Shown: positions 20,303 to 29,966, numbered from the stretch's first letter. The stretch is DNA of 64,000 nucleotides from Candidatus Bathyarchaeota archaeon (GCA_963807605.1 CAWECG010000004.1:128001-192000); one strand, 5' to 3'. Notes: generated from the sequence alone by a model not told the origin. Made by a program: numbers and translations.

Positions 20303-20580
20303 GGGATCGTCTTTTTTACACTAATCTAGTAAACTAAATTCTCCTCAGATCTCAACTTCACATATTTATTCTGAATTGCAGACGCTCAACCTGAAACGAA
20401 CACAATTCTCTACTCCGTCTCGGTCTATCGCCTCAGGAATTGCTCCTCAATAGTTGATAAGGGCAATTGGTCCTTGGTTTTTTTAACAAATTCCTTTCAC
20501 AAATTCTCAAGTGTTGTTCTACTCTATTGGTTTTTCACAACTTAGCTTGTATGATATACAGTTGCAGAGGAAATGGTTGA

Positions 20581-21246
20581 ATGCCAAGAAGTATCATTGG
20601 AAACTGGGACGGCGATAGTAAGGAGCCCATCATACCATTGTCACGGTTGTCAGGGCGTATTCGCCCCCAGATGCCCCTCAAAGAGAAGATCGCTCAATCA
20701 ATCTATCGTTTGAAAGTTCAGCAGAGCAAACTTGAGAACTCGTCTCAAAGAATGCAAAGGCATGACAAGAACCTCTTCGATAAATGCATCTCCGCTCAGA
20801 TGACAAAGGACAACTCCAGGGCAGCATTGTACGCCAGCGAATGCGCCGAGATCAGAAAAATGGCATCAACGGTTTTGCGATGCGAGCTGACCTTGGAGAA
20901 GGTTATTCTGAGGCTTGAGAACGTGCAGATGTTCGGCGATACGGCTGCGATGCTTGGGCCTGTAGCAGGTGTGGTCAAATCTATTAAGTCTGAGATTAGC
21001 GGGGTCATGCCTGAGGTCTCTTATGCTCTTGGTGAGATCGGTGAGACTCTAAACGGCGTAGTCATTGAAGTCGGTGAAGCCACCGGTCAACAATACGATG
21101 ACTTCGCATCCAGTTCTGAGGCTCAGCAGATACTCGGCGAAGCGTCAGCCGTGGCTTCACAGAGAATGACTGAGAAGTTCCCTGATCTGCCGAGAGTTTC
21201 AGTCCCGATCGGTTCAAGATTTACAGAGACAAGTTCGACCCAGTAG
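20581..21246 (+). CDS. cdvB: CdvB/ESCRT-III (Snf7) paralog 1, without winged helix
   Basis: LFDKCI..RAALYASECAEIRKM..LEKVILRLE..MPEVS..EAQQILGEA..FPDLP. Confidence 0.92.
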   Translation: MPRSIIGNWDGDSKEPIIPLSRLSGRIRPQMPLKEKIAQSIYRLKVQQSKLENSSQRMQRHDKNLFDKCISAQMTKDNSRAALYASECAEIRKMASTVLRCELTLEKVILRLENVQMFGDTAAMLGPVAGVVKSIKSEISGVMPEVSYALGEIGETLNGVVIEVGEATGQQYDDFASSSEAQQILGEASAVASQRMTEKFPDLPRVSVPIGSRFTETSSTQ

Positions 21247-21288
21247 CCCTGACTCAACATTGGAGGTTGAAAGAATACGAGCCTAACA

Positions 21289-22017
21289 ATGGAGGACCTA
21301 AAGAAATTCGTAGGGAAGACTGTAAAGGATCCTTATGGAAAAGATCTCGGCAAGCTCGTAGGAGTCACTTCCAGCATAAAGGGCGAGATTAGCAACGTGA
21401 GTATTGAGCTCTACAATGGAGATTTCGCAATCTTTCCCAGCAGACAGCTCTCAGTAAACGGAACGATACTATCCCTGGCGCAGGACTGGGCTGTTGAGGC
21501 AGATGAACTTACCAGGGAACTTGACTTACTCAGACGAAGAGACAACGCACTAAATGAGCTATCTGTAAGCGGCGATGTCGAGGAGACTATGTACAAACAA
21601 CTGAAAGAACAATTCAGACAAGCAAGAGGCGATTTGCTGAAGAGGAGCGAGGCAGCCGTTGAGAAACTTGCGGAAACCTCACAGAAGCTCGATGAACAGA
21701 TGAAGATCATCCAAACCATAATGGCCAATAACAAAATGCATTATACTTCAGGAGAGCTGGGAGAAGAGGCCTATAACTTGGCGAATGAGACAATTCAGAA
21801 TGGTCTGCGCCACTTCTCCTCTGAGAAAAAGAACATCGAAGACAAGATCAACACTCTAATAGCCTCAAGGGATAGCGCTGAAGACATCGGGACATCAAGA
21901 ATTGAGCCACAAACCAAACCCCCACCGGTGGCAGAGCCTACTGTCTTGACAAAGACTCCCGGACTCACGAAGACTGGAGGCCCAAGAGATATAGTCATAG
22001 TCCGAATGGAGCCGTAA
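21289..22017 (+). CDS. cdvA: CdvA-like protein 1 (PRC barrel, coiled coil, C-terminal beta-strand tail)
   Basis: FVGKTVKDPYGKDLGKLVG N-terminus, long coiled coil and C-terminal IVIVRMEP. Confidence 0.9.
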   Translation: MEDLKKFVGKTVKDPYGKDLGKLVGVTSSIKGEISNVSIELYNGDFAIFPSRQLSVNGTILSLAQDWAVEADELTRELDLLRRRDNALNELSVSGDVEETMYKQLKEQFRQARGDLLKRSEAAVEKLAETSQKLDEQMKIIQTIMANNKMHYTSGELGEEAYNLANETIQNGLRHFSSEKKNIEDKINTLIASRDSAEDIGTSRIEPQTKPPPVAEPTVLTKTPGLTKTGGPRDIVIVRMEP

Positions 22018-22035
22018 GAGGGATCAGCAATTCTT

Positions 22036-22824
22036 CTGTCCAGACGGAAAGGCTGGAGGAGTCGCATCCCGCCTTCCCTGAAGGAACGTCTCTCGGACAT
22101 ACTGTATAAACTAAACATCCAGAAGGATAAGCTCGAACAGACAACAGAGAGACTCTATCAGAGAGATAACGAGATCTTCCAGAGATGTATCGGCGCACAG
22201 ATTGGCGGCGACGAGAACCACGCTAAGATATACGCTAACGAGTGCGCTGAAATCAGAAAAATGTACCTGACCGCAAAGAGCGTTCAGCTCGCACTGGAAA
22301 AGGTAACTCTCAGACTCGAAACAGTAGAGCAGTTCGGGGAGACTATTAGCCAGTTAGCTCCTATAATGGAGGTTGTGAAGGAAACTAAAGGTGAGATAGC
22401 CGGTCTAGTTCCAGACGTGGCAGGCGAACTGGACAGAGTCACATCAGTGCTCGTTGAACTAAGTGCAGAGACCGGCCAGGTGACCCCAAGTGACTTTGAG
22501 GTCCAAGTTACAAACAACGAGGCAAAGAAAATTCTGGACACTTCTCGAAAGATAGCAGATGAAAAAGCACGGGAGAAGTTCCCAGAACTGCCTTTTGCGC
22601 AATTTGAGGTGCCCGCTTCCGAAATTAGGAGTGAGCAACCTTCAAGTGGTCAACTGGATCCTTCAATTCTTGAACAAGTCCTATTCTACATAGAATCTCG
22701 TGACGGAAGGGTATCTGTCTCTGAATGTGCTAGTCGACTTTCAAGACCCCCCAGTGACGTGATCAAGGCGATAGACCAGTTGAAAGAGAAAGGAAGGCTC
22801 GCTTTGGAACAGGAAATGGAGTGA
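22036..22824 (+). CDS. cdvB: CdvB/ESCRT-III paralog 2 with C-terminal winged helix; probable CTG or ATT start
   Basis: Homology to the other CdvBs extends about 70 codons upstream of ATG22261 (LKERL..LYKL..FQRCIGA..IYANECAEIRK); FPELP motif; C-terminal wH (LFYIESRDGRVSVSECASRL). Confidence 0.9.
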   Translation: MSRRKGWRSRIPPSLKERLSDILYKLNIQKDKLEQTTERLYQRDNEIFQRCIGAQIGGDENHAKIYANECAEIRKMYLTAKSVQLALEKVTLRLETVEQFGETISQLAPIMEVVKETKGEIAGLVPDVAGELDRVTSVLVELSAETGQVTPSDFEVQVTNNEAKKILDTSRKIADEKAREKFPELPFAQFEVPASEIRSEQPSSGQLDPSILEQVLFYIESRDGRVSVSECASRLSRPPSDVIKAIDQLKEKGRLALEQEME

Positions 22825-22866
22825 GCCGATCTGGAATCTGTTATCAAAGACGATGGTTGTTGAGCT

Positions 22867-24006
22867 TTGTCAGCATCTGAAGAACTTGAACGAATAGCAG
22901 TGAAGTATGCTACCGAGGCCACTCGACTTGATAAGCAAGGATCAAGGGGTCTTGCAATAGCGAAGTACCAGAGAGCCGTCGAAATCCTTCTGAAACTGTG
23001 CGCACTGTACCCAAACTCCTCACAGAACTCCATCTACATGGAGCACGCGGAGTCCTACAGAAAGAGAATAAGAGAACTCCAGAACCAGGAAAATCACCAA
23101 GAACCCGTAGAGACTGCACCTTCGGGGGCGGAGGCTAAGTTTGAACAACTCGTTCTTAATGAGAAACCAAGCGTCAGATGGGAAGATATCGCCAACCTGA
23201 ATGCCGCAAAGAGAGCTATAGAGGAATCGATAATATTTCCTGTCAAAAGACCTGATCTTTTTCCGTTAGGGTGGCCCAGGGGCATACTCTTCTTCGGTCC
23301 GCCAGGATGTGGCAAAACGCTCCTAGCCGCGGCAGTCGCAACGGAGATCGATGCCACATTCTTCTGTATCGACGCCGCATCGATAATGTCAAAGTGGCTA
23401 GGCGAGTCTGAGAAGAATGTTGCACATCTATTTGAAGAAGTCAGACGGATGAGCTCAAACGGCAAGCCTGCAATAGTCTTCATAGACGAAATCGACTCTC
23501 TGGTTGGAATCAGGTCCCAAGAGGTCGGAGGGGAAGTCAGGGCTCGAAACCAATTCCTGAAAGAGATGGATGGCGTAATCGACAAGAAGAGATTGCTTCA
23601 CGCCTATGTTATTGGCGCCACAAACAAGCCTTGGGTTCTGGACGACCCGTTCAGAAGGCGATTCCAAAAGAGGATCTTTGTGCCCCTCCCAGAAGCAGAT
23701 GCAAGGCTCGAAATGTTCAGAATATTCTCAAAGAATCTCAACATGGGCGAAGATGTGACTTTCGAAGAACTAGCGAAGATAACGGACGGGTACTCTGGCA
23801 GCGACATATACGACAACTTCCAAGCAGCCCAGATGAAAGTCGTAAGGGAGTTCTTCGAGAAAGGCAATCCAGAAGATAAGCAGGCTAAGCCCAGGCCAAT
23901 AATTATGAACGATTTCAGAGACGTATTTCGAATACGGAAGCCCAGCGTAGACCAAAGCACGATGCGTTTCTATCACAAATGGTCAGAGGAATTCCAAGCC
24001 GCCTAA
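22867..24006 (+). CDS. cdvC: CdvC/Vps4 AAA+ ATPase
   Basis: N-terminal MIT domain (AVKYATEATRLDKQG..AIAKYQRA), GPPGCGKT, IMSKWLGESEK, FIDEID and GATNKPW..RRRFQKR motifs. Confidence 0.96.
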   Translation: MSASEELERIAVKYATEATRLDKQGSRGLAIAKYQRAVEILLKLCALYPNSSQNSIYMEHAESYRKRIRELQNQENHQEPVETAPSGAEAKFEQLVLNEKPSVRWEDIANLNAAKRAIEESIIFPVKRPDLFPLGWPRGILFFGPPGCGKTLLAAAVATEIDATFFCIDAASIMSKWLGESEKNVAHLFEEVRRMSSNGKPAIVFIDEIDSLVGIRSQEVGGEVRARNQFLKEMDGVIDKKRLLHAYVIGATNKPWVLDDPFRRRFQKRIFVPLPEADARLEMFRIFSKNLNMGEDVTFEELAKITDGYSGSDIYDNFQAAQMKVVREFFEKGNPEDKQAKPRPIIMNDFRDVFRIRKPSVDQSTMRFYHKWSEEFQAA

Positions 24007-24030
24007 AGGTGTGATCGAAGGACGACAGTC

Positions 24031-24495
24031 ATCAACTCCACTGACCTCAAGATCTTAGCTGAGCTTGTGCACAACTCCAAGGCCACGCTAGCTGATATCG
24101 GCAAGAAGATTGGGCTCCACCCGAATGTAGTCGCCTACAGAATAAACAAGATGGAGAATCTCGGCATAATAAGAGACTACACAGTCAATCTTGACCTTGA
24201 GAAACTTGGACTGACAGAACAAATCTATCTCGGCACAACTTTTCCTGCCCACTCTGAACGTGATACATTGCTGAAACAGATATCAGCCCTGCCTCAAAGC
24301 ATCACAGTGGTAAGCTCCTTCGGATCCCCAGAAGGGATAGTTCACCTCGTAGGTAAGAGCAAGGAAGACATAGACAAGGTCATAACAAGACTGAGAGAAC
24401 TGAACGTAAAGATCGAGTACGCTGCCCCTGTCATCAAGACCTATCAAAGTGGAAACCTCGGTAATTTCCTCAAGATGATGGCCGAAGCACACTAA
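24031..24495 (+). CDS. Lrp/AsnC-family transcriptional regulator; probable ATC start upstream of GTG24067
   Basis: INSTDLKILAEL..ATLADIGKKIGL..VAYRINKMENLGIIRDYT..LDLEKLG. Confidence 0.85.
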   Translation: MNSTDLKILAELVHNSKATLADIGKKIGLHPNVVAYRINKMENLGIIRDYTVNLDLEKLGLTEQIYLGTTFPAHSERDTLLKQISALPQSITVVSSFGSPEGIVHLVGKSKEDIDKVITRLRELNVKIEYAAPVIKTYQSGNLGNFLKMMAEAH

Positions 24496-24516
24496 GCCAC
24501 CGGCAGGTTATGAAAA

Positions 24517-25008
24517 ATGCCCCTTTCCAAACTGCTTATGAGACTCCTCACGAGGCCACAACGGCACACACTGTTCTCCATGGTTACCGCTACCATTCTG
24601 ACTGTAATCCTTGTGGTGATCCTTCCTAAACCCAACGACTCCATTATGACAATCGCCATTCAAGTGATGATCTCTGCAGCCATCTCATCCGTGGTACTGA
24701 ATGAGCTCTTCCTTGGACTGGTAGACAGGAAGCGTGACATGGCTATTCTGCTGGTAATTGGAGTTCGGAAGCATCTTTTAGGAGCTATCCTGCTCGGAAA
24801 AACGATTCTATATGCTTCCGTTTCCTGTTTCCTCGGGGTAGCTCTTGGATACATACTGATGCTGTATAATGGCGGGCACCTGACCTTGACGCTCAATTCT
24901 TCCATGACCTTGTCTTCTTTAGCGATCTTCGGTCCTGCTCTTCTAGCTGGTGCATACACCACATTGTACATATCCCGCCTGAATGTCTCTGAGGTGCTCA
25001 GACATTGA
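24517..25008 (+). CDS. Minimal FtsX/MacB-like ABC permease (4 TM, no extracellular domain)
   Basis: DRKRDMAILLVIGVRK matches the FtsX-family RxREIxxLxxxG motif; four hydrophobic helices. Confidence 0.75.
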   Translation: MPLSKLLMRLLTRPQRHTLFSMVTATILTVILVVILPKPNDSIMTIAIQVMISAAISSVVLNELFLGLVDRKRDMAILLVIGVRKHLLGAILLGKTILYASVSCFLGVALGYILMLYNGGHLTLTLNSSMTLSSLAIFGPALLAGAYTTLYISRLNVSEVLRH

Positions 25009-25700
25009 CAGAGAACTCAGCCATAATTTCCGTGAAAAACCTACACAAAGCCTTCAGGGACGGGTCTTCCACAATTCGGCTTTTCAACGGACTTACCTTC
25101 GAAGTATCGAAGGCTGATTTTGTTGCTGTTACAGGTGCCTCAGGAACCGGAAAGACCACTCTCATCAACCTTATCTCGGGTCTTGAAAAACCAACTCAAG
25201 GCTCAGTCAAGGTTCTTGGCAAGGAACTCTCGTCTTTAAGCTCAAGTGATCTCGCGGTAATCAGGGCGCATTCAATAGGCATACTATTCCAGACGTTTGG
25301 GCTGATAAACGACTTGACTGTTCAGGAGAATATCGAGCTCGCTCAGGATCTTTCAAGAAATAATGGGTCGAGGCGAGATAGATACGCGTCTGAGTTACTT
25401 GAGTTCTTCGGCATCCAGGACAAGGCGAACTTCAGCCCCGCCAGCCTCAGCTTCGGCGAAGCCAAGAAAGTTGGAATAGCAAGAGCTCTTGCAGCCGAGC
25501 CAGAGATCCTCTTGCTTGACGAACCAACCGGAAACTTAGATCCGCCCTCAGTGAATGTCCTCCTACCGATCCTTAGAGGGTTGAGGCACATATACGGAAA
25601 GACTATAATCATGACTACAAACAGTCTTCGCGCGGCGAAGATTGCAAACCGCGAGATTCGTTTGGAAAGGCCCACAATGATGATGAACCAAATTATGTGA
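25005..25700 (+). CDS. LolD/FtsE/MacB-like ABC ATP-binding protein with degenerate signature and H-loop
   Basis: GASGTGKTT, LFQ, LSFGE, LLLDEPTGNLD and MTTN (no His); overlaps both neighbours. Confidence 0.9.
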   Translation: MTENSAIISVKNLHKAFRDGSSTIRLFNGLTFEVSKADFVAVTGASGTGKTTLINLISGLEKPTQGSVKVLGKELSSLSSSDLAVIRAHSIGILFQTFGLINDLTVQENIELAQDLSRNNGSRRDRYASELLEFFGIQDKANFSPASLSFGEAKKVGIARALAAEPEILLLDEPTGNLDPPSVNVLLPILRGLRHIYGKTIIMTTNSLRAAKIANREIRLERPTMMMNQIM

Positions 25701-26320
25701 TGTATATGTTCAGATATAAACCAACATTGGGAGAAAGAATAAGAGAAACCTTTCACCCGACACCAGTAAAACGGCGACTAAACCATACCATCCACCGACT
25801 GCAGATCCAAATGCGACGACTCGAATCGAAGACCTATCAACTCCAGTCTAGAGACAAGGCTCTATACGCAAAATGCGTCTCAGCAATACAAGGAAAGAAC
25901 AATACCCAGGCATCGATGTACGCGAGCGAATGTGCAGAGATCAGAAAGATGGTCCTCACCACTCTGCGCAGCCAAATGGCAATAGAACGCGTATACCTAC
26001 GACTTGAGACAGTCAGGGACTTTGGAGAGATAGCATACGCAATGAGCTCAGTAGGAGCTGTCCTAGGCAAAGTGAGGACCGATCTCCAAAACTTGATGCC
26101 TGAGATATCGACAGAGCTCGCTGAAGTTAACGATACACTGCAGTCAGTAGTCCTCGAAGTAGGTCAGGCAACGGAACAGACCCTCGATTTCAACGCACCC
26201 ACAGAGGAGTCCGAGGCGATAATGAAAGAAGCCGGAACCCTGGCGGAGCAGAGGATGAAAGAGAGATTCCCAGAGATGCCCAAGATTCCGACAGCTGAGG
26301 AAGGCTCTTCCCTACCATGA
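25697..26320 (+). CDS. cdvB: CdvB/ESCRT-III paralog 3, without winged helix
   Basis: LYAKCV..ASMYASECAEIRKM..IERVYLRLETV..MPEIS..FPEMPKIP. Confidence 0.92.
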   Translation: MMYMFRYKPTLGERIRETFHPTPVKRRLNHTIHRLQIQMRRLESKTYQLQSRDKALYAKCVSAIQGKNNTQASMYASECAEIRKMVLTTLRSQMAIERVYLRLETVRDFGEIAYAMSSVGAVLGKVRTDLQNLMPEISTELAEVNDTLQSVVLEVGQATEQTLDFNAPTEESEAIMKEAGTLAEQRMKERFPEMPKIPTAEEGSSLP

Positions 26321-26323
26321 TAG

Positions 26324-26941
26324 GTGGAAAAGCCAGGTAAGATGTCGCAACTTTCTGAGTCCGAGCTCAAGAGCTTCCTGGGAAAGAGGACCACCGACCC
26401 CTATGGTCGGAACCTCGGAAAGATCATAGGAGTGACGCTGAACGACTATGGTGAAATGGAAGCGGTCGAGGTGGAGAAGGGAACAGGGGAGCTTGAAAGA
26501 ATTCCAGTGGATCAACTCAGTTTTAGCCGAGAAGGAATAACGGTCGTCTCCAAGTGGAAGATCGAAGTCGAATCCCTGATTAAAGAGATTGAGTCGGCAG
26601 AACGTCGCCTCACCGCACTCAACACCCTTCTAAAGAAGGAAGAGATTCCAAGAAACCTATACGAAGAACTGTCCGGAAAACAAAAGAGAGAACTTGAAAA
26701 CCTACAAGCGAAGAAGAATCTCGCTATCAACATACTGCAGAGAAGAGGCAAAGAACTGGACGGGCAGATCGAGGAGTTAACAAAAGTTCTCATTGAGATC
26801 AGAGCTGGGAAATGGTCCAGTGACTTCTCCGACAAGGCGTACGAATTTGCATCAAAATCAATTGAACCAAACCTCAGCTTTGCGGCCAAAGAAAAGAGAG
26901 AGCTTGCAGACAGCCTCGCCAAGCTAACCAAGCTAATCTGA
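26324..26941 (+). CDS. cdvA: CdvA-like protein 2, lacking the C-terminal tail
   Basis: FLGKRTTDPYGRNLGKIIG PRC-barrel start plus coiled coil; clearly paralogous to 21289..22017. Confidence 0.88.
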   Translation: MEKPGKMSQLSESELKSFLGKRTTDPYGRNLGKIIGVTLNDYGEMEAVEVEKGTGELERIPVDQLSFSREGITVVSKWKIEVESLIKEIESAERRLTALNTLLKKEEIPRNLYEELSGKQKRELENLQAKKNLAINILQRRGKELDGQIEELTKVLIEIRAGKWSSDFSDKAYEFASKSIEPNLSFAAKEKRELADSLAKLTKLI

Positions 26942-27031
26942 CTGTTGCTGCAGATCTAGTTGGAATCATAAAGATGTGGGCTTCGCCTAGACAACGTTTT
27001 CCATTCAGCTAAACGGCAAATGGGAACATGC

Positions 27032-28312
27032 CTACATGAACTGTTCGAGACCAGTCTTACTCACGGTTTGTTCGTCTGATTCATCGATGTTAGAAGTAGA
27101 GAGTTCAATCCGGCCATAAACCCCATCGTAGCCGGGGATCACCTTGACCCTATTCTCCCTGACCCTTATTATGGCTTCAGCTAGATTAGGTCCCACCGCA
27201 TCATTAAGCGAGTCTCGGCTGGCATCCAACAGGACACTGTATTCACTGCCGAATCTTGCAATCAACTTATTGTAGGTTTCCCAAACCCTTGGGCTTGACG
27301 GCTGTTCAACTCTAATGACCGCCGCAACGACCTCGGAAAGTGGCAGCAAACACACAAAACCCGGTACTCCCTTCGGCTGGTATCCTTCAGGTCTGTCAGC
27401 AAGTTCTTCGACTCTTTGTTCAACGCCCTTGGTCAGAGGACGACGACACTCGGGACAGATATTCTTAGATTGAATCGCTTGGCGAGGGGACAATGACACG
27501 CCACAGTTCCTATGTCCTGTCCAGTGATACTTGCCGTAGGCAGGATCCGTCTCTATTGTAAACTTCAGTCTGCTACTATCCTTCTTCCTTATCGCTTCGG
27601 TTATTCCTGTAAAAGTCGGTCGCTCAAGTTCGAAGACATTAGCTTCCCTACCCATCCTCCAAGGCCAAGCTGAATGGCTATCAGAATTGGAGACCAGCGT
27701 GTAACGGTCAAGCTTGCTCAGCCGCCAATTCATCCTTGGATCAGAGGAGAGGCCGGTCTCAAGTGCGAAGATGTGTCTGGAAGTATCACCGTAACACTCC
27801 TCGATGCTGTCAAATCCGGAGTTGGCAGCTAGCACACTGAACCAAGGCGTCCAAGCATGAGCGGGAAAGATGAGATTCGCGGATGACGTCTCCATGACCT
27901 TTTCAACAAGCTCAGAGGCCGAGATGTCGAGTATGGGCCTCCCGTCAACTGAGAGATCTCCGTATTGCTTCAACCTGTCCGCTATCTGCTCAGCAACCTC
28001 GATTGAAGGTGACAAGACTACATGGTGGATCTTCTTTGTCCTGCCATTAAAATCAAAAATAGTGCAGAGCTCAGCTGTAATCATGAGACTAACTCTTTGA
28101 CTGCCTGAAGGTAGGATGTAAAGTCCCGTGTCTTCCAAAGGCTTGAGCTCAGTCTTCAGCTCTTTCATCCAGAGCGGGTGTGTAAAATCCCCAGTGCCTA
28201 CTACTGAGAGGCCTTTGATCTGGCCGTACCGCTCAATCTCTCTAAGAGTCATATTCTGACTTGTAGCTCGGCTGAACCTTGAGTGAATATGCAAGTCCGC
28301 GATAACTCTCAA
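27032..28312 (-). CDS. Endonuclease Q-family (PHP domain) protein
   Basis: ADLHIHSRFSRATS, GTGDFTHP, PAHAWTPWF, ETGLSSD, SNSDSHS, GKYHWTGH and PGYDGVYG motifs. Confidence 0.88.
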   Translation of the reverse strand: MRVIADLHIHSRFSRATSQNMTLREIERYGQIKGLSVVGTGDFTHPLWMKELKTELKPLEDTGLYILPSGSQRVSLMITAELCTIFDFNGRTKKIHHVVLSPSIEVAEQIADRLKQYGDLSVDGRPILDISASELVEKVMETSSANLIFPAHAWTPWFSVLAANSGFDSIEECYGDTSRHIFALETGLSSDPRMNWRLSKLDRYTLVSNSDSHSAWPWRMGREANVFELERPTFTGITEAIRKKDSSRLKFTIETDPAYGKYHWTGHRNCGVSLSPRQAIQSKNICPECRRPLTKGVEQRVEELADRPEGYQPKGVPGFVCLLPLSEVVAAVIRVEQPSSPRVWETYNKLIARFGSEYSVLLDASRDSLNDAVGPNLAEAIIRVRENRVKVIPGYDGVYGRIELSTSNIDESDEQTVSKTGLEQFM

Positions 28313-28517
28313 TACGTAAACCACGCATGCCGAATTGGACAGAACCTTACATTCAGATGAGTTAAGTCATTCTGTCCGATGTTTCCAGAAAAAACCCTCA
28401 CGCACGGGCGTTAATGGGAATTTATATCTGCAACCCTGCCAATAGGGGTCGAAAAGTAGATAGACTCGAGGAAATCGGATTAATCTTCCAAGAGACTCTG
28501 GGAGGGCATGAAAAGCA

Positions 28518-29966
28518 ATGAGCACGAAGGACATTGGAATAACGGTACGCAAGTCTCAAGACTTCTCAGAATGGTACACCCAAGTCGTAACAAAGGCAGG
28601 GCTTGCAGACTACTCAGTCGCCAAAGGCTTCATGGTTCTGATGCCCTACGGATACTCGATGTGGGAGAAGATACGCGAATTCATAGACGCAAGAATCAAG
28701 GAGACAGGACATAGGAATGCCTACTTCCCGGTATTGATCCCTGAGAGTCTGTTAAAGAAAGAGGCTGAGCATTTCACAGGTTTCACACCTGAAGTATTTT
28801 GGGTCACCCACGCAGGTGACACGGAACTCGGGGAGCGGCTGGCTGCAAGACCTACCTCCGAGACAATAGCCTACTACTCATATGCGAAGTGGATCAAAAG
28901 CTGGAGAGATCTACCTCTTCTGCTCAATTTCTGGAACTCTGTGCTCAGGGCAGAGATTACGGCTACGAGACCTTTCATCAGGACGAGTGAGTTCCTCTGG
29001 CAAGAGGGTCACACAGTTCATGAAACCAAAGAGCAAGCAGATGAGGAGGTCATGATGATCCTTAGACTCTACCGTGAATTGATAGAAGACTTCTTAGCCA
29101 TTCCGGTCGTTGTGGGGAAGAAGACGGAGCGCGAGAAGTTCCTCGGAGCACTCTATACAACAACACTTGAAGCTATAATGGGCGATGGCAGAGCGCTCCA
29201 AATGGGCACCTCACATAATCTCGGTCAAAATTTCTCGGTTCCATTTGAGATCAAATATCTCGGCCGCGATGAGAAGGAACACTTCGCCTGGCAGGCCTCT
29301 TGGGGGGTCTCATGGAGGCTGATAGGAGCGGTCGCCATGGTTCATGGTGATGATAAAGGCTTGGTTCTTCCACCAAAGATCGCTCCGATTCAGATAGTTA
29401 TAGTCCCCATCTTCTTCAACGACGAGGAGAAGAAGATAGTCGACGCCAGGGCTAGAGAAGTCTATAACATGCTTAGAGAAGCACGGCTGTCCGTCGAGTA
29501 CGACTCTAGAGAACAATTAACGCCGGGCTGGAAGTTCAATGAGTACGAGATGAAAGGCGTTCCCTTGAGGATCGAGATAGGGCCAAGAGATGTCAGAGAA
29601 AGTAAAGTTGTAGCTGTAAGAAGAGATACGAGAGAGAAATCGTCAATCAACTCAAACGACTTATTGAGAGAAGTCTTGAGTCTCTTGGATTCCATTCAGA
29701 ACAATCTGTTCCAGAATGCTAAGCGATTTCTGGAGGGCCACACGGAGATGGTCAACAGTTATGATCAGTTCAAGAGGGTCCTTCGTGAGAGAGGCGGATT
29801 TCTTAAGGCCTGCTGGTGTTCAGGACAAGAATGCGAAGATAAGATAAAAGAAGAGACTGGGGCGACGATAAGAGCCATCCCACTCGAGCCTGAACACGTC
29901 TGGTCAACATGTCTTTACTGCGGGAAGACGGCTGACAAGGCTGCGTACTTCGCTCGTGCGTACTAG
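28518..29966 (+). CDS. proS: Proline--tRNA ligase (archaeal/eukaryotic type)
   Basis: FSEWY, RPTSET, RTSEFLWQEGHT, HGDDKGLVLPP, KGVPLRIEIGPRD and FARAY motifs. Confidence 0.98.
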   Translation: MSTKDIGITVRKSQDFSEWYTQVVTKAGLADYSVAKGFMVLMPYGYSMWEKIREFIDARIKETGHRNAYFPVLIPESLLKKEAEHFTGFTPEVFWVTHAGDTELGERLAARPTSETIAYYSYAKWIKSWRDLPLLLNFWNSVLRAEITATRPFIRTSEFLWQEGHTVHETKEQADEEVMMILRLYRELIEDFLAIPVVVGKKTEREKFLGALYTTTLEAIMGDGRALQMGTSHNLGQNFSVPFEIKYLGRDEKEHFAWQASWGVSWRLIGAVAMVHGDDKGLVLPPKIAPIQIVIVPIFFNDEEKKIVDARAREVYNMLREARLSVEYDSREQLTPGWKFNEYEMKGVPLRIEIGPRDVRESKVVAVRRDTREKSSINSNDLLREVLSLLDSIQNNLFQNAKRFLEGHTEMVNSYDQFKRVLRERGGFLKACWCSGQECEDKIKEETGATIRAIPLEPEHVWSTCLYCGKTADKAAYFARAY

